64,000 bases of DNA. Source: Nitrospirota bacterium. Its GTDB lineage: Bacteria; Nitrospirota; Nitrospiria; Nitrospirales; NS-4. Position 1 is the first letter of the stretch; each line of letters starts with the position of its first letter. The notes below the pieces were generated by a model, which saw nothing but the letters and a program-made list of their open reading frames with translations, made no database searches and was not told the DNA's origin. Location of the stretch: contig CAWBGA010000012.1 in NCBI GenBank assembly GCA_963788195.1, forward strand, positions 30,121 through 94,120, given 5' to 3'. Shown in pieces: positions 20,166 to 30,993 of the stretch. The translations under genes were made by a program, and so were the position numbers.

Positions 20166-21181
20166 TGCCATCTTTTTCAAGCCATTTGGTGAACCCGCCT
20201 TTCGGTGATCCAGGCTTGTACACCGAGATTCGCTCGGCCCGCCGCGCGCTCCTGTTTGATCTTGGAGACAACCAGGCGCTGACTGCCTCGCGCCTGTTGC
20301 GAGCAAGTGATGTCTTCATCTCCCATACCCACATGGATCACTTCATCGGCTTTGACCGACTGCTGCGCATTGCGCTCGCGCGAAGCCAGGCCCTCAGGCT
20401 CTACGGACCACCCGGCTTGATCGAGAACGTCGCGGGTAAGTTGCGTGGATATACCTGGAATCTTGCCGACGACTATCCGCTCGAGATTGACGTACGTGAG
20501 TTTCATGACCGGCAGGTGCGGCACACACGCTTTCTCGCCCGGGAAAGGTTTCTTCCAATCGAAGGTCTTCCCGAAATCCACGACGCCCCGCTTCCGTTTC
20601 CGGTCATGCTAGACCCTATGTTCACTGTTTTTGCCACGTCGTTGAATCATCGGATTCCTTCCTTTGCCTACGCGCTGCAGGAAAAGTGTCACATCAATAT
20701 CAACAGGGAGCGCTTACACGCCGCCGGGCTGCCTGTCGGCTCTTGGTTGAAGGATGTGAAGCAGCATCTTTGGGACGGCCGCCCCGATGCCTACCAATTC
20801 ACAGCGACGCTATACTTCGAGCACCGCAAGGAAGAGCGGAGGTTTGTCTTGGGCGAGCTGCGCGATAAGTTTGTGACCATCACGCCCGGCCAGAAGCTCG
20901 CCTATGTGGTGGACGCTCGCTTTGACGATGAGAACGCGGCGAAAATCGTAGAGATAGCTGAGAACGCGGACGTCTTCTTTTGCGAGGCGACCTACCTGGA
21001 CCGGGAAGCGGAGAAAGCCTGTGAGCGCTATCATTTGACGGCACGCCAAGCCGGCCTATTGGCACGAAGGGCAAACGTGCGTGAACTGGTAGTCTTTCAC
21101 TTTTCGCCGCGTTACATGGGCCAGGAGGATCTTCTTTATCGGGAGGCCAAGGACGAATTTACGCAGGCGGGTCACCATTGA
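20162..21181 (+). CDS. ribonuclease Z-like metallo-beta-lactamase fold hydrolase
   Basis: LVNPPFGDPG, FDLGD, SHTHMDHFIG, EATYL, HLTA and FHFSPRY motifs. Confidence 0.85.
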   Translation: MMPSFSSHLVNPPFGDPGLYTEIRSARRALLFDLGDNQALTASRLLRASDVFISHTHMDHFIGFDRLLRIALARSQALRLYGPPGLIENVAGKLRGYTWNLADDYPLEIDVREFHDRQVRHTRFLARERFLPIEGLPEIHDAPLPFPVMLDPMFTVFATSLNHRIPSFAYALQEKCHININRERLHAAGLPVGSWLKDVKQHLWDGRPDAYQFTATLYFEHRKEERRFVLGELRDKFVTITPGQKLAYVVDARFDDENAAKIVEIAENADVFFCEATYLDREAEKACERYHLTARQAGLLARRANVRELVVFHFSPRYMGQEDLLYREAKDEFTQAGHH

Positions 21182-22188
21182 AAGTACTCGTGATCGGAGG
21201 TGCAGGATTCCTGGGATCGAATCTGGTCCGGGCATTGCTCGCCCGGGGCGATGAGGTCCGCGTGATGGTACGCCCGATGACTAATGTCACAACGCTCGGC
21301 GGCCTACCTCTGGAGCGCGTTGAAGGTGATCTGAACGACGCAAGCTCGCTGGAGCGGGCCTGCCGCGACGTGCGTGTGGTGTACCACACCGCAGGATATT
21401 ATCCCTCGCACACAGTCCCCGTCGAAGTCGCTATTGCCCAAGGAGTGGCTGAAACTCGCGGCGTGCTGAACGCCGTGCGACAGGGCGACGTGGACCGGCT
21501 CGTGTTCACGAGCTCGCTCACCACCATCGGGTTGACGCGCATAGACTCGCATGATGCCATTCGCCCGGCCAATGAAAATGATACATTTCACCCACTGTTT
21601 CCGGACAATCCATACCTCATGGCCAAGGCCCATATGGAGCAAGAAGTTCTCCGGGAGGCAACCCGAAATGGACTTCCTGCAGTAGTCGTCAATCCCACGG
21701 TATTTTACGGCCCTTACGACAGCAAGCCCACGAGCGGAACGCAAATCGTTATGATCGCCCGCCGGCAAATGCCGGCGTATGTCCAGGGAACGCTCAATGT
21801 CATTGACGTTCGAGATGTTGCCGACGGCATGATCAGTGCAGCAGAGCGCGGCCGGTCGGGGGAGCGCTATATTCTAGGTAAGTGGAACACGACCCAGAAA
21901 GAGTTAAACGCGATGATCGCCAGGGTCGTGGGCGCCCCCGCACCGATGCTCGAGATCCCCTTTCCGCTGGCTCGGTACGGCTCGAAAATGGCCGATTGGG
22001 TCTTTCGAAACGCCTTGCGGAGACCTGCACCAGTGCCGGGGTTTTTCGTGGAAATGCTCAAACACATGCAACACTATGATTGCTCCAAGGCCGCACGAGA
22101 ACTCGGTCCCACCCTCCGGCCGGTTGAGCAGGCCATTGCCGATGCGGCGACCTGGTTCAGGGAAAATGGCCGCCTACAGGCCAAATAA
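21178..22188 (+). CDS. NAD-dependent epimerase/dehydratase (HpnA/dihydroflavonol reductase-like)
   Basis: GGAGFLG, GDL.D, TSS, YLMAK, NPT..YGP.D.KPT and IDVRDVA motifs. Confidence 0.85.
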   Translation: MKVLVIGGAGFLGSNLVRALLARGDEVRVMVRPMTNVTTLGGLPLERVEGDLNDASSLERACRDVRVVYHTAGYYPSHTVPVEVAIAQGVAETRGVLNAVRQGDVDRLVFTSSLTTIGLTRIDSHDAIRPANENDTFHPLFPDNPYLMAKAHMEQEVLREATRNGLPAVVVNPTVFYGPYDSKPTSGTQIVMIARRQMPAYVQGTLNVIDVRDVADGMISAAERGRSGERYILGKWNTTQKELNAMIARVVGAPAPMLEIPFPLARYGSKMADWVFRNALRRPAPVPGFFVEMLKHMQHYDCSKAARELGPTLRPVEQAIADAATWFRENGRLQAK

Positions 22189-22194
22189 CTTCAG

Positions 22195-24597
22195 TCATGA
22201 CTTGAGAGTAATGAGAGTCACTCCATCACCGCCCTCGGCGCGCTCCCCCGGACGGAAGGCCGCAACGTAAGGGGATTCCTTCAAGTATTCCCGAAGCACT
22301 TGCCTCAGGCGGCCTGTGCCGTGACCATGAATGACCCGCACCGCCGCGGCCCCTGTCAGTGCCGCATGGTCAAGTCCGACCTGGACCGCTTCGACCGCTT
22401 CATCCCCCGACTTACCACGCACGTCGACCACATTGGTGTCTCCCGCCGCCATGGCGGACATCGCAGGCGACCTTGTGGCTTTTTGGGGAGGCGCCGGTTC
22501 TTCGCCTTCCTCAATACCCCCGATGCGGGTGGCTTCTGTGGAAACTTCCGCCTCTCCCACCCGGACTCGCACGCGCTTCTTGCCTATCGGAGTTTCCAGC
22601 AGAATCCCAATCGTTCCCAGGCCAAGAAGCTCGACCCGATCGCCTGCCTGCAGCTCGCGGATGGGGCGAAAATCATCTGCAGGCGCGAGGCTTGACTGCA
22701 TGGTCGCTTCGACGGTTCCCAGGCGTGACTTCGCTTCACGAGCTTTGAGAACGCTTTTGTCGGCCTTAAGACCCTCCAACACCGACTGAATCTCTGCTCG
22801 CGCCCGGAGGAGCTCGTCAGTCAGTTTTTTGCGAAGGGCCTTGCGCGTATCCTTTTCCGCTGCGGCCTGGCGCGCGGCAAACTCTTTCTGGGCCTGCGTC
22901 GCCACCTCGCTTTCGGCGCGAAGCTCCTTGATCCTCGAGCTGTCCTCATCAAGACGGCGGCGGGTCTCTTGCAGTTCTTCCATCAGGAGCTCTATCGCGC
23001 GCTCCTGCGTGTTGACCAGCCGTACGGCCTCATCGAGCAGGCGCTCATCCATACCGAGACGCCCTGCTATTTCTATCGCGGAACTGCCGCCCGGCATCCC
23101 CATGATCAAGCGGTAGGTGGGCGAGAGCGTGGCGGCATTAAAACCGACACTGGCGTTGGCGAACATTGGATGGCCTTGCGCGAAGGCCTTAAGCGGATTG
23201 TAATGCGTCGTGGCGACAACCGTAAACCCACGCTCGGCAAGATGCATGAGAAGGGCTTGCGCCAGAGCCGCGCCCTCAGCCGGATCCGTCGCGGTGACGG
23301 GCTCATCAAGCAGGACGAGGGCCTCCGGAGTGGCCTCCGCGAACAGTGCGATCATGTCTCTGATGTGGGCGGAAAAGCTTGACAGGTCCTTGGTCAAATC
23401 CTGCGCATCTCCGATTTCCGCATAGACTTCCGGAAAAAAGGGCATCTCGGAGCCGGTCTCGCAGGGAAGCTGCAGGCCGGCTCTGACCATTAGGGCAAAC
23501 AGTCCAAGGATCTTGAGTGTGACGGTTTTACCTCCGGCATTGGGACCGGAAATAATTAGGACACGTACCCCATCCTGCAACTCGATATCGTTCGCCACGA
23601 TCGGCTGTCGGTCCTTCATGGCCGGTGAGGAGTCGCCTTGTCGGCTGAGTATCAATAGGGGGTGGCGGGCCTGTTTGAGCCGGATCGCGCCGTGCTCGGT
23701 GACGATCGGATCGGACGCCTGTAAGATCTGGGAGAACGCCGCTTTAGCACGTAAAGAATCGAGGTGGCCGAGAATCGTGAGGTCGTCCCAAAGAGTTTCG
23801 TGATGGACGGCCGCCTGCTCGCTGAGATCCTGAAGAATTCGTCGGACTTCCCTATCGATCGCCAATTCCGACTCTTTGATCTGATTGTTTAGATCCACAA
23901 GGTCCCGCGGTTCAATAAAGACCGTCGCGCCGCTCGCGGACACGTCGTGGATGATTCCCGGCACCTCGCCTTTCCGCTCTGTCTTCACAGGGATCACATA
24001 GCGATGCTCGCGTTCCGCGAAATAGGACTCCTGAAGAATTTCAGCAAAACGCGGTGACGCCAGGATGGCCTCCAACCGCGATCTGATTCTCTGTCTGAGG
24101 GCATTCGCCCGATGGGTCAGAGTCCGCAACTCTGGAGTGGCGGATTCCAGGATGTTCCCCTCCGGATCGATGGCTCGATCTATCTCGATCTTTAAGGGCC
24201 GCAGATCATCAAGACCCGTCCCCAGCGCCCAAAGCCCCGGAGCATCGTCCTGACAGTTTCGTAGAAAGCCCCGGACATCCGCGACGAGGCTCAAGACAAT
24301 CGAGATATCCCGGAAGTCAAGCCCGGTGGGAACGGCTCCTTTCGCAAGCCGTTCGATGACGGGACGCACATCAGGAAAGTTGCCTAGCGGAACCCCCCGG
24401 CCTCGCCGCTCCAGAGAGACCATCTCGGCCGTCTCTCGAAGTGTCGCCTGCGTCTGCGACAAGGAGGTGGCCAAGGTCAAGGTCCGGCACCGCTCCGCTC
24501 CGATAGTCGAGAACGCTTGAGATGCCAAAGCATCGAGAATCGCCCCCCATTGGAGGTCTTGGAGAGCCCTTTCGAGAAGCCCTGCGCGATCTGCCAT
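22195..24597 (-). CDS. mutS2: endonuclease MutS2 (with Smr domain)
   Basis: HDVSASGATVFIEP, SGPNAGGKT, LSSFSAH, LLDE, TTHY; Smr motif IHGHGTGRL...EGGDG. Confidence 0.95.
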   Translation of the reverse strand: MADRAGLLERALQDLQWGAILDALASQAFSTIGAERCRTLTLATSLSQTQATLRETAEMVSLERRGRGVPLGNFPDVRPVIERLAKGAVPTGLDFRDISIVLSLVADVRGFLRNCQDDAPGLWALGTGLDDLRPLKIEIDRAIDPEGNILESATPELRTLTHRANALRQRIRSRLEAILASPRFAEILQESYFAEREHRYVIPVKTERKGEVPGIIHDVSASGATVFIEPRDLVDLNNQIKESELAIDREVRRILQDLSEQAAVHHETLWDDLTILGHLDSLRAKAAFSQILQASDPIVTEHGAIRLKQARHPLLILSRQGDSSPAMKDRQPIVANDIELQDGVRVLIISGPNAGGKTVTLKILGLFALMVRAGLQLPCETGSEMPFFPEVYAEIGDAQDLTKDLSSFSAHIRDMIALFAEATPEALVLLDEPVTATDPAEGAALAQALLMHLAERGFTVVATTHYNPLKAFAQGHPMFANASVGFNAATLSPTYRLIMGMPGGSSAIEIAGRLGMDERLLDEAVRLVNTQERAIELLMEELQETRRRLDEDSSRIKELRAESEVATQAQKEFAARQAAAEKDTRKALRKKLTDELLRARAEIQSVLEGLKADKSVLKAREAKSRLGTVEATMQSSLAPADDFRPIRELQAGDRVELLGLGTIGILLETPIGKKRVRVRVGEAEVSTEATRIGGIEEGEEPAPPQKATRSPAMSAMAAGDTNVVDVRGKSGDEAVEAVQVGLDHAALTGAAAVRVIHGHGTGRLRQVLREYLKESPYVAAFRPGERAEGGDGVTLITLKS

Positions 24598-24753
24598 GGT
24601 TCGATCAGCCCCGTTTCTGGCCCGTTTAGAGTACTCCCCGGCAGGAATTTTCTGCAATCCCGACTCCCCCATACGAGCGCGTAACACTTCCGTCGGGTTG
24701 CGGGGGACATTGGGGACCATGTACTGATAGCAACTTACCTATAAGGAGGGCTT

Positions 24754-25068
24754 ATGAAAAGATTAATCGGTTTACTGACAGTTGCATTTGTGCTGGGCGT
24801 GGGTGCTGCGGCCTTCGCGGCTGATCCACCAGGCTCTGCCCCCAGTGGCGCGCCAACAGCAGGAAAGGACGCCAGTGCTAAAACGATCAACGGCGAGGTG
24901 CTGAAGATCGAGGGCGAGAACTATGTCGTCAAGGATGCCATGGGCAAAGAGGTCAAACTGCATGTAAATGCCCAGACGAAGAAAGAGGGCGACATTAAGG
25001 TTGGCGACAAGGTCGAGGCGCAGGCGGACCCCACCGGCCACGCCCTGTCAATTAAAGCGGCCAAGTAA
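24754..25068 (+). CDS. small exported OB-fold-like hypothetical protein
   Basis: AAGGAGG RBS, signal peptide (AFA), TINGEVLKIEGE...IKVGDKVEA pattern. Confidence 0.75.
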   Translation: MKRLIGLLTVAFVLGVGAAAFAADPPGSAPSGAPTAGKDASAKTINGEVLKIEGENYVVKDAMGKEVKLHVNAQTKKEGDIKVGDKVEAQADPTGHALSIKAAK

Positions 25069-25092
25069 GGCCAGCAAGTAAGGGCAATCAGT

Positions 25093-25121
25093 GCGCGCAG
25101 GGATGAACAGTCCCTGCGCGC
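25093..25121. terminator. GC-rich hairpin between convergent genes
   Basis: GCGCGCAGGGA-TGAACAG-TCCCTGCGCGC, a perfect 11-bp stem with no clear U-tract. Confidence 0.5.
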
Positions 25122-25141
25122 CAGCTCGAGCCGCCTCCTAT

Positions 25142-26059
25142 CTAATGCCGGCGCAACAGCTTTCCCGGCGTTCCTTTCCACAGAATCAGCAATGGACTGG
25201 CCACAAATATCGATGAATAGGTGCCGACGATCACGCCCATGAGTAGGGCAAGCGAAAAGTCATGAAGCACCTCTCCTCCGAACAGCGTGAGGGGGATCAA
25301 CACCAGGATCACGGTGAGAGACACCACAATTGTCCTACTCAATACTTGATTGACCGCTCGATTGATGAGGACATCCAACGTGTCCCTGTGGCGGAGCTTC
25401 AGATTCTCCCGAATGCGGTCAAAAACGACGACCGTGTCCGTGAGCGAATATCCCGCGAGAGTCAGGAGCGCCGTGACGAGCAACAGCGTGATCTCTTTGT
25501 CCAGAAAATAGAAAATGGCAAGCACTGCGAACACATCGTGGAAGGTTGCAATCGCAGCCGCGATCCCGAAGCGCAATTCAAAACGCACCGCGATGTACAG
25601 TATGATTCCGATCATCGACATGGAGATCGCGATTAAGGCATCCTTCTGGAGCTTTTGGCCGATAGTGGGACCGATTTCGGTGCTCGCCTCCACCACAAAC
25701 GGGTTGTCTGGAAAAGTCTTTCGAAAGGCCTCCAGCACTTTGTCCGCCGCCTGTTCCTCGATGGCAGTCTTGGCCTTCACGCGCACCAGCAGTTTGTTGT
25801 CGGCCGAAAACTCCTGGAGTTCTACCTCTGAAAGCCCCGTCTTCAGCAACGCCTCGCGAGCCTTTTCAATCGAAACAGGCCGCTCGAATTTCAATTGCAC
25901 GGCCGTCCCGCCCGAAAAATCGATCCCGAGGTTCGCCGCCCCGCGCCAAATCTGAACCAACGCGAAGAGACCGAGCAGCAGCATTACACCGGAGATCGCA
26001 AACGAGTATCGCCGCCATCCCATGAAGTCAATTGAGGTCTTGCCGAGAATCTCCAACAT
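25142..26059 (-). CDS. secF: protein translocase subunit SecF
   Basis: GIDFSGG, IGPTIG, HD, GYSLTDTVVVFDRIREN and GTYSSIFVA motifs. Confidence 0.97.
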   Translation of the reverse strand: MLEILGKTSIDFMGWRRYSFAISGVMLLLGLFALVQIWRGAANLGIDFSGGTAVQLKFERPVSIEKAREALLKTGLSEVELQEFSADNKLLVRVKAKTAIEEQAADKVLEAFRKTFPDNPFVVEASTEIGPTIGQKLQKDALIAISMSMIGIILYIAVRFELRFGIAAAIATFHDVFAVLAIFYFLDKEITLLLVTALLTLAGYSLTDTVVVFDRIRENLKLRHRDTLDVLINRAVNQVLSRTIVVSLTVILVLIPLTLFGGEVLHDFSLALLMGVIVGTYSSIFVASPLLILWKGTPGKLLRRH

Positions 26060-27696
26060 TAGATGCTCAACCTCTCGACTTTGCCCCGGCGGTTGATCAG
26101 ATCGAAGATGACCTTCGTCCCCACAAGCGCCGTGAACAAGTTGATCGTGATTCCTAAGCACAACGTGACGGCGAAGCCTTTGATCGGACCCGTTCCGAAA
26201 AGAAACAAGGCGAATCCGGTAATGAGCGTGGTCACGTGTGAGTCGACGATCGTCAGGAACGCCTTGTCGTATCCGGCGTCGATGGCCGGTCTCACCGGTT
26301 TACCCGTTCGGAGCTCTTCTCGGATCCGCTCGAAGATCAGGACGTTCGAGTCCACCCCCATCCCAATCGTGAGAATGATCCCCGCAATGCCGGGCAGCGT
26401 CAGCGTCGCGTTCAGACCGGCCAAGGCGCCGAGCAGACAGACAAGATTCAAAATCAAGGCAAAATCCGCGATCGCGCCCGACATCCGGTAGTACAACACC
26501 ATGAACAGAATCACGACGGCGCCGGCAATAAGGGTGGAGCGAACGCCCTTTTCAATCGAATCCCGCCCCAACGACGGCCCGACCGTGAGATCCTGAATAA
26601 TCTTGACGGGCGCAGGCAGGGCGCCTGCGCGCAGGACGATCGCGAGGTCATTGGCCTCTTCGGTCGTAAAGGACCCCGTGATCTGGGCCCTTCCCCCACT
26701 GATACGCTCCTGGATGACCGGCGCGGAGTACACCGTGTTGTCCAGGATGATCGCCATCCGCTTTTTCACGTTCTCGGCCGTAATCCGCTCAAACAGCTTC
26801 GCCCCTGTGCTGTCAAAGTTAATGGATACGTACGCGTTCTGAAATTCACCGATGGAGACACGTGCGTCCGTCAGCACATCACCCGTGAGGACCGCGCGTT
26901 TCTTGATCAGATAGGGTTTCTTCGTCACGCTGCCCCTATCCTTATCGACGCTGCGCTCAAATAGGATCTCGTCATCGGGCGGGATTTTCGGGCCGAATTC
27001 CTTGAGGATATCTGTTTCCTTCGTGGGTGGCACGTCGCTCGGCAGCTCCTTGGCAATGGGGCTATCCTCGTCGAGCATTTTGAACTCAAGCAAGGCCGTA
27101 TTCTTGATCAGAGCCTTGGCGCGCGCCGGGTCCTTGACTCCAGGCAATTGCACGACGATCTGGCGAGGACCCTGTTGCTGAATTAACGGTTCGGCCACAC
27201 CGAACTCATCGATACGGTTACGAATCGTCTCGAGGGCCTGGTTCACAGACTGCTTCTTGATGCGCTCGGCTTCCTCGGCCTTCATTGCAAAGATCACGAC
27301 GCGATCGCTCGGGCTGCGGGTGGACAGGATGGTAAACTGATCCTCTGTGACTTTCAGAAGAGCTTCTTTATCGCCGGGCGATAGCAACGTGACGGTAATC
27401 TCCGTCGGCGACGTTTTTTTGACCGATTCCACGGCAATTTTCTTATCGGCCAGGATATCGGTCATATTGTTCATCAGGCGGTCCATCGCGATCTCGACAG
27501 CGCGATCGCTTTCAACTTCCAGGACCAGATGGATCCCTCCCTGCAGATCGAGGCCGAGGATGATCCCTTTGTTTGGGAGATACTCTTTCCACCACTCGGG
27601 CATGTAGCGAAAGAGCGGGGTCGAGGGAATAAACAAAACGACCGACACAATGACCGCGAGCCCTAACAGAATGAGCCGACCTTGAACAGCCTTCAT
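26059..27696 (-). CDS. secD: protein translocase subunit SecD
   Basis: LGLDLQGG, RIDEFGVAEP, LRAGALPAP and DSNVLIFERIREE motifs. Confidence 0.97.
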   Translation of the reverse strand: MKAVQGRLILLGLAVIVSVVLFIPSTPLFRYMPEWWKEYLPNKGIILGLDLQGGIHLVLEVESDRAVEIAMDRLMNNMTDILADKKIAVESVKKTSPTEITVTLLSPGDKEALLKVTEDQFTILSTRSPSDRVVIFAMKAEEAERIKKQSVNQALETIRNRIDEFGVAEPLIQQQGPRQIVVQLPGVKDPARAKALIKNTALLEFKMLDEDSPIAKELPSDVPPTKETDILKEFGPKIPPDDEILFERSVDKDRGSVTKKPYLIKKRAVLTGDVLTDARVSIGEFQNAYVSINFDSTGAKLFERITAENVKKRMAIILDNTVYSAPVIQERISGGRAQITGSFTTEEANDLAIVLRAGALPAPVKIIQDLTVGPSLGRDSIEKGVRSTLIAGAVVILFMVLYYRMSGAIADFALILNLVCLLGALAGLNATLTLPGIAGIILTIGMGVDSNVLIFERIREELRTGKPVRPAIDAGYDKAFLTIVDSHVTTLITGFALFLFGTGPIKGFAVTLCLGITINLFTALVGTKVIFDLINRRGKVERLSI

Positions 27697-27708
27697 GCGG
27701 TAAGGGCC

Positions 27709-28041
27709 TCAGTCATTTTCATCCCCGCGGATGCGCGCGATGTGGTCGCGCATGAGTTTGATCTTCGCGTTCTCGGCCACCTGTAGTGTCACCGTCTCTT
27801 TCCCGATGTTTGTCACGGTGCCCCAAATGCCTCCCGTGGTAACCACTTTGTCACCCTTCTTGAGGTCACTGAGCATCGCTTTGTGCTTGTCCCGCTGCTG
27901 CTTCTGTGGCCGATAGATCACAAAATAAAAGATCACGATGATCATGACGAACATCGGCAGCATCTGGAGCAACTGATCAACGATCGACGGCGTTCCCGCA
28001 GGTGCAGCCGCCTGTGCTAAGACTGGGGAGATGAGCCTCAT
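27709..28041 (-). CDS. yajC: preprotein translocase subunit YajC
   Basis: IFYFVIYRPQ...LKKGDKVVTTGGIWG; lies between tgt and secD. Confidence 0.95.
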   Translation of the reverse strand: MRLISPVLAQAAAPAGTPSIVDQLLQMLPMFVMIIVIFYFVIYRPQKQQRDKHKAMLSDLKKGDKVVTTGGIWGTVTNIGKETVTLQVAENAKIKLMRDHIARIRGDEND

Positions 28042-29150
28042 GCTTGGCAGGTTTCCCGGGCGCTATAAAACGCCGCCCTGAACTCAGCCAGACGCCCGCC
28101 GCTGAGGGCTTCGCGGAGATCGCGCATGAACTGCAGAATGTAATGCAGGTTGTGCAGGGTGTTCAATCGCACTCCGAGCATTTCTTTGGCCAAGAACAGA
28201 TGACGCAAATAAGCGCGTGAGTACTTTCGGCAAACCGGGCAGGAGCACGCGGGATCGATGGGAGTTTCATCTGCGGCGTACTGGGCATTCTTAATCAGCA
28301 CCCGGCCGAACGATGTAAACAGCCATCCCGTGCGACCATGGCGCGTGGGCATGACGCAATCAAACAAATCGATGCCGCGCGATACTCCCTCGAGCAGATC
28401 CTCAGGCGTCCCAACGCCCATGAGATATCGAGGTGCCGATTCCGGCAGTTCCGCTACGGCCGCGGCGATTGCGGCGTGCATCGTGGCTTTGTCCTCGCCC
28501 ACACTCAGCCCGCCGAGGGCGTAGCCGCCAAACCCGATTGTTGCGATGTCAGCGGCCGCCCGGGCGCGCAAGACCGGATAGTGTCCCCCCTGCACGATGC
28601 CGAACAGGGCTTGATCCTGAGCATGATGAGCCGCCTTGCAACGACGTGCCCAGGCGTTCGTGCGGCGCAATGACGCCTCGGCTGCTTCGAACGTCGCGGG
28701 ATAACGAAGGCATTCGTCGAGGGTCATGGCGACATCCGCTCCCAGCGCCTGCTGAATCTCGACCGCCGTTTCCGGCGTCAGATGGTGTAGCGAGCCGTCT
28801 AAATGCGATTGGAACGTCACGCCGTCATCCGACACTTTGCATAGAGGAGCCAGGCTGAAGATCTGATATCCGCCGCTATCGGTCAGAATCGACCCCGACC
28901 AACCCATGAAGCGATGCAGCCCGCCCATCGCTTGGATCGTTTTATGGCCTGGCCGCAGCGACAGATGGTAGGCGTTGCAAAGGATCATCTGCGCTCCCAG
29001 ATCCGTCAATTCTTCGGGAGAGATGCCTTTGACGGTGGCTTGGGAGCCGACCGGCATGAAAGCGGGCGTGGCGATTTGACCGTGCGACGTGTGTAGTTGT
29101 CCGAGGCGTGCGTGACCTTCCTTCTTCAATACGGTGAAGTTCCGCGTCAT
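28038..29150 (-). CDS. tgt: tRNA-guanine transglycosylase
   Basis: TPAFMPVG, NAYHL, LTDSGG, GIVQGG, FDCVMPTR and zinc motif CSCPVC. Confidence 0.97.
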   Translation of the reverse strand: MTRNFTVLKKEGHARLGQLHTSHGQIATPAFMPVGSQATVKGISPEELTDLGAQMILCNAYHLSLRPGHKTIQAMGGLHRFMGWSGSILTDSGGYQIFSLAPLCKVSDDGVTFQSHLDGSLHHLTPETAVEIQQALGADVAMTLDECLRYPATFEAAEASLRRTNAWARRCKAAHHAQDQALFGIVQGGHYPVLRARAAADIATIGFGGYALGGLSVGEDKATMHAAIAAAVAELPESAPRYLMGVGTPEDLLEGVSRGIDLFDCVMPTRHGRTGWLFTSFGRVLIKNAQYAADETPIDPACSCPVCRKYSRAYLRHLFLAKEMLGVRLNTLHNLHYILQFMRDLREALSGGRLAEFRAAFYSARETCQA

Positions 29151-30913
29151 TACATTCTCTCCGGAGCCGACACCCCAAGGATGCGCAATCCATTGCGGAT
29201 CACGGTCTGCACGCACCCCAACAGGCAAAGGCGCGCCGCCGTCACTGCGGGACTCACCTCTTCGCGTTTACGGCCCTGATCGGGCTCCCCTGCCGCCGGA
29301 ATCTTAATCTCCCTGTCTTCCAACTCGGCGTCGAGAACAGGGGGAAGAATCCGGTGCTTGTAATAAAAGGTATGCAGGCGGGCGGCCAGGTCCTGCAGGT
29401 AATAGGTAATGCGATGTGGTTCGAGTGCTTGGGCGCTCGCCTCTAGCATCGAAGGATATTCTGCCAGCGATTTAATCAGGTTTAGCTCTTCTGGCGAGTC
29501 TAAATGCGGCAGGTGTACTTCCTTGGTGGACGGAACCGGAATGCCTCGCTCGGCGGCGACACGGAAGACGCTCGCGATCCTCGCGTGGGCATATTGAACG
29601 TAATACACGGGATTGTCCGCCGACTTCTGCTTGGCCAGTTCCAGGTCGAAGTCGAGCTGGCTGTCGGAGCGCCGGGTCAAAAAAATAAACTTCGCCGCGT
29701 CGGCGCCGACCTCTTCCACCACCTCCCGCAGAGTGATCAATTCGCCCGCGCGTTTGGACATTGTCACACGAGCACCCCCGCGAAGCAGGTTCACGATCTG
29801 GACGAGGAGAACAGTAAGACGGTCCTTGGGATACCCGAATGCCTGCACCACCGCCTGCATCCGTGGAATATAGCCATGATGATCGGCTCCCCAGATGTTG
29901 ATTAATAGATCGTAGCCACGACTTAGCTTGTCATGATGATAGGCAATATCAGACGCCAGATAGGTGAATTCACCGTCCTGCTTGCGGACAACCCGATCCT
30001 TATCGTCACCAAAACCGGTCGAGCGAAACCATTGGGCGCCGTCCTGTTCAAACAGATAGTCGCGAAATTTCAGAATCGCCAAGGCCTGCTCCACGGCCTT
30101 GGTCTCAAACAAAAGGGCTTCACTGGACCAGGTGTCAAAATGCAGGTTGAAGAGCGCCAAGTCGGCCTTAATGGCTTCGAGCATTTTCAGATAGGCCCAC
30201 GCCCGGCATGCGTCATTCAGGTTTGCGGGCAAAAGCTCTTGCCCGCAGGCGCGGCGCGACGCAAGAAGCTCTCGCGCAATTTCCTCGATGTACGCTCCCT
30301 GATAGCCGTCTTCCGGAACGGGCGCCGGCTGCCCCAACAGCTGGCGGTACCGCGCTTCCACCGAGTCCGCCAAAAGCTTCATCTGACGGCCGGCGTCATT
30401 GATGTAATACTCGGCGGTGACGTCATGGCCGGTACAGCGGAGAAGATTCACGAGCGCGCCACCCAATGCCGCGCCACGACCGTGGCCCATATGTAAGGGC
30501 CCCGTAGGATTGGCGCTGACGTATTCCAGGAGTACGCGCTTTCCCTGGCCGAAGGTCGCACTGCCGTAGCGTTCCCCCTCCGCTTCGATCTGGCTGAGCA
30601 CTCTAAACCAGAGCTCGCGCTTAATCGTCAGATTGATGAATCCCGGCGGGACCACCTCAATTTTCTCGAGGATATCAGGATGGGACCGGAGGCGCCCGGC
30701 AATGATCTCGGCTATCTCGCGCGGCGCCCGATGCTCGGAGGCCGAAAGGTTCATTGCAACGGGGGTGGCGAGGTCGCCCCACGCGTCTTTCTTTGGTACG
30801 TCGAGCACCAGCGACGGTTGCACGCTCAACTTAAGGTCACCGGTGGCCCGGGCCTCATCCAACGCCACTCGCAAAGTTGAAAGGACAGTTTCTCTCACGA
30901 CTCCCGCGGACAT
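29150..30913 (-). CDS. argS: arginine--tRNA ligase
   Basis: SANPTGPLHMGHGR, EYYINDAG, WGADHHGY, MSKRAG and NPVYYVQYAHARI motifs. Confidence 0.97.
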   Translation of the reverse strand: MSAGVVRETVLSTLRVALDEARATGDLKLSVQPSLVLDVPKKDAWGDLATPVAMNLSASEHRAPREIAEIIAGRLRSHPDILEKIEVVPPGFINLTIKRELWFRVLSQIEAEGERYGSATFGQGKRVLLEYVSANPTGPLHMGHGRGAALGGALVNLLRCTGHDVTAEYYINDAGRQMKLLADSVEARYRQLLGQPAPVPEDGYQGAYIEEIARELLASRRACGQELLPANLNDACRAWAYLKMLEAIKADLALFNLHFDTWSSEALLFETKAVEQALAILKFRDYLFEQDGAQWFRSTGFGDDKDRVVRKQDGEFTYLASDIAYHHDKLSRGYDLLINIWGADHHGYIPRMQAVVQAFGYPKDRLTVLLVQIVNLLRGGARVTMSKRAGELITLREVVEEVGADAAKFIFLTRRSDSQLDFDLELAKQKSADNPVYYVQYAHARIASVFRVAAERGIPVPSTKEVHLPHLDSPEELNLIKSLAEYPSMLEASAQALEPHRITYYLQDLAARLHTFYYKHRILPPVLDAELEDREIKIPAAGEPDQGRKREEVSPAVTAARLCLLGCVQTVIRNGLRILGVSAPERM

Positions 30914-30993
30914 CTGTCAGGGCTCCACATGCAACGGCCCTCGAGGGTCCTCGAGGGCCGCTAAAAATGCGCTGAACTTTAGCATACCAATGA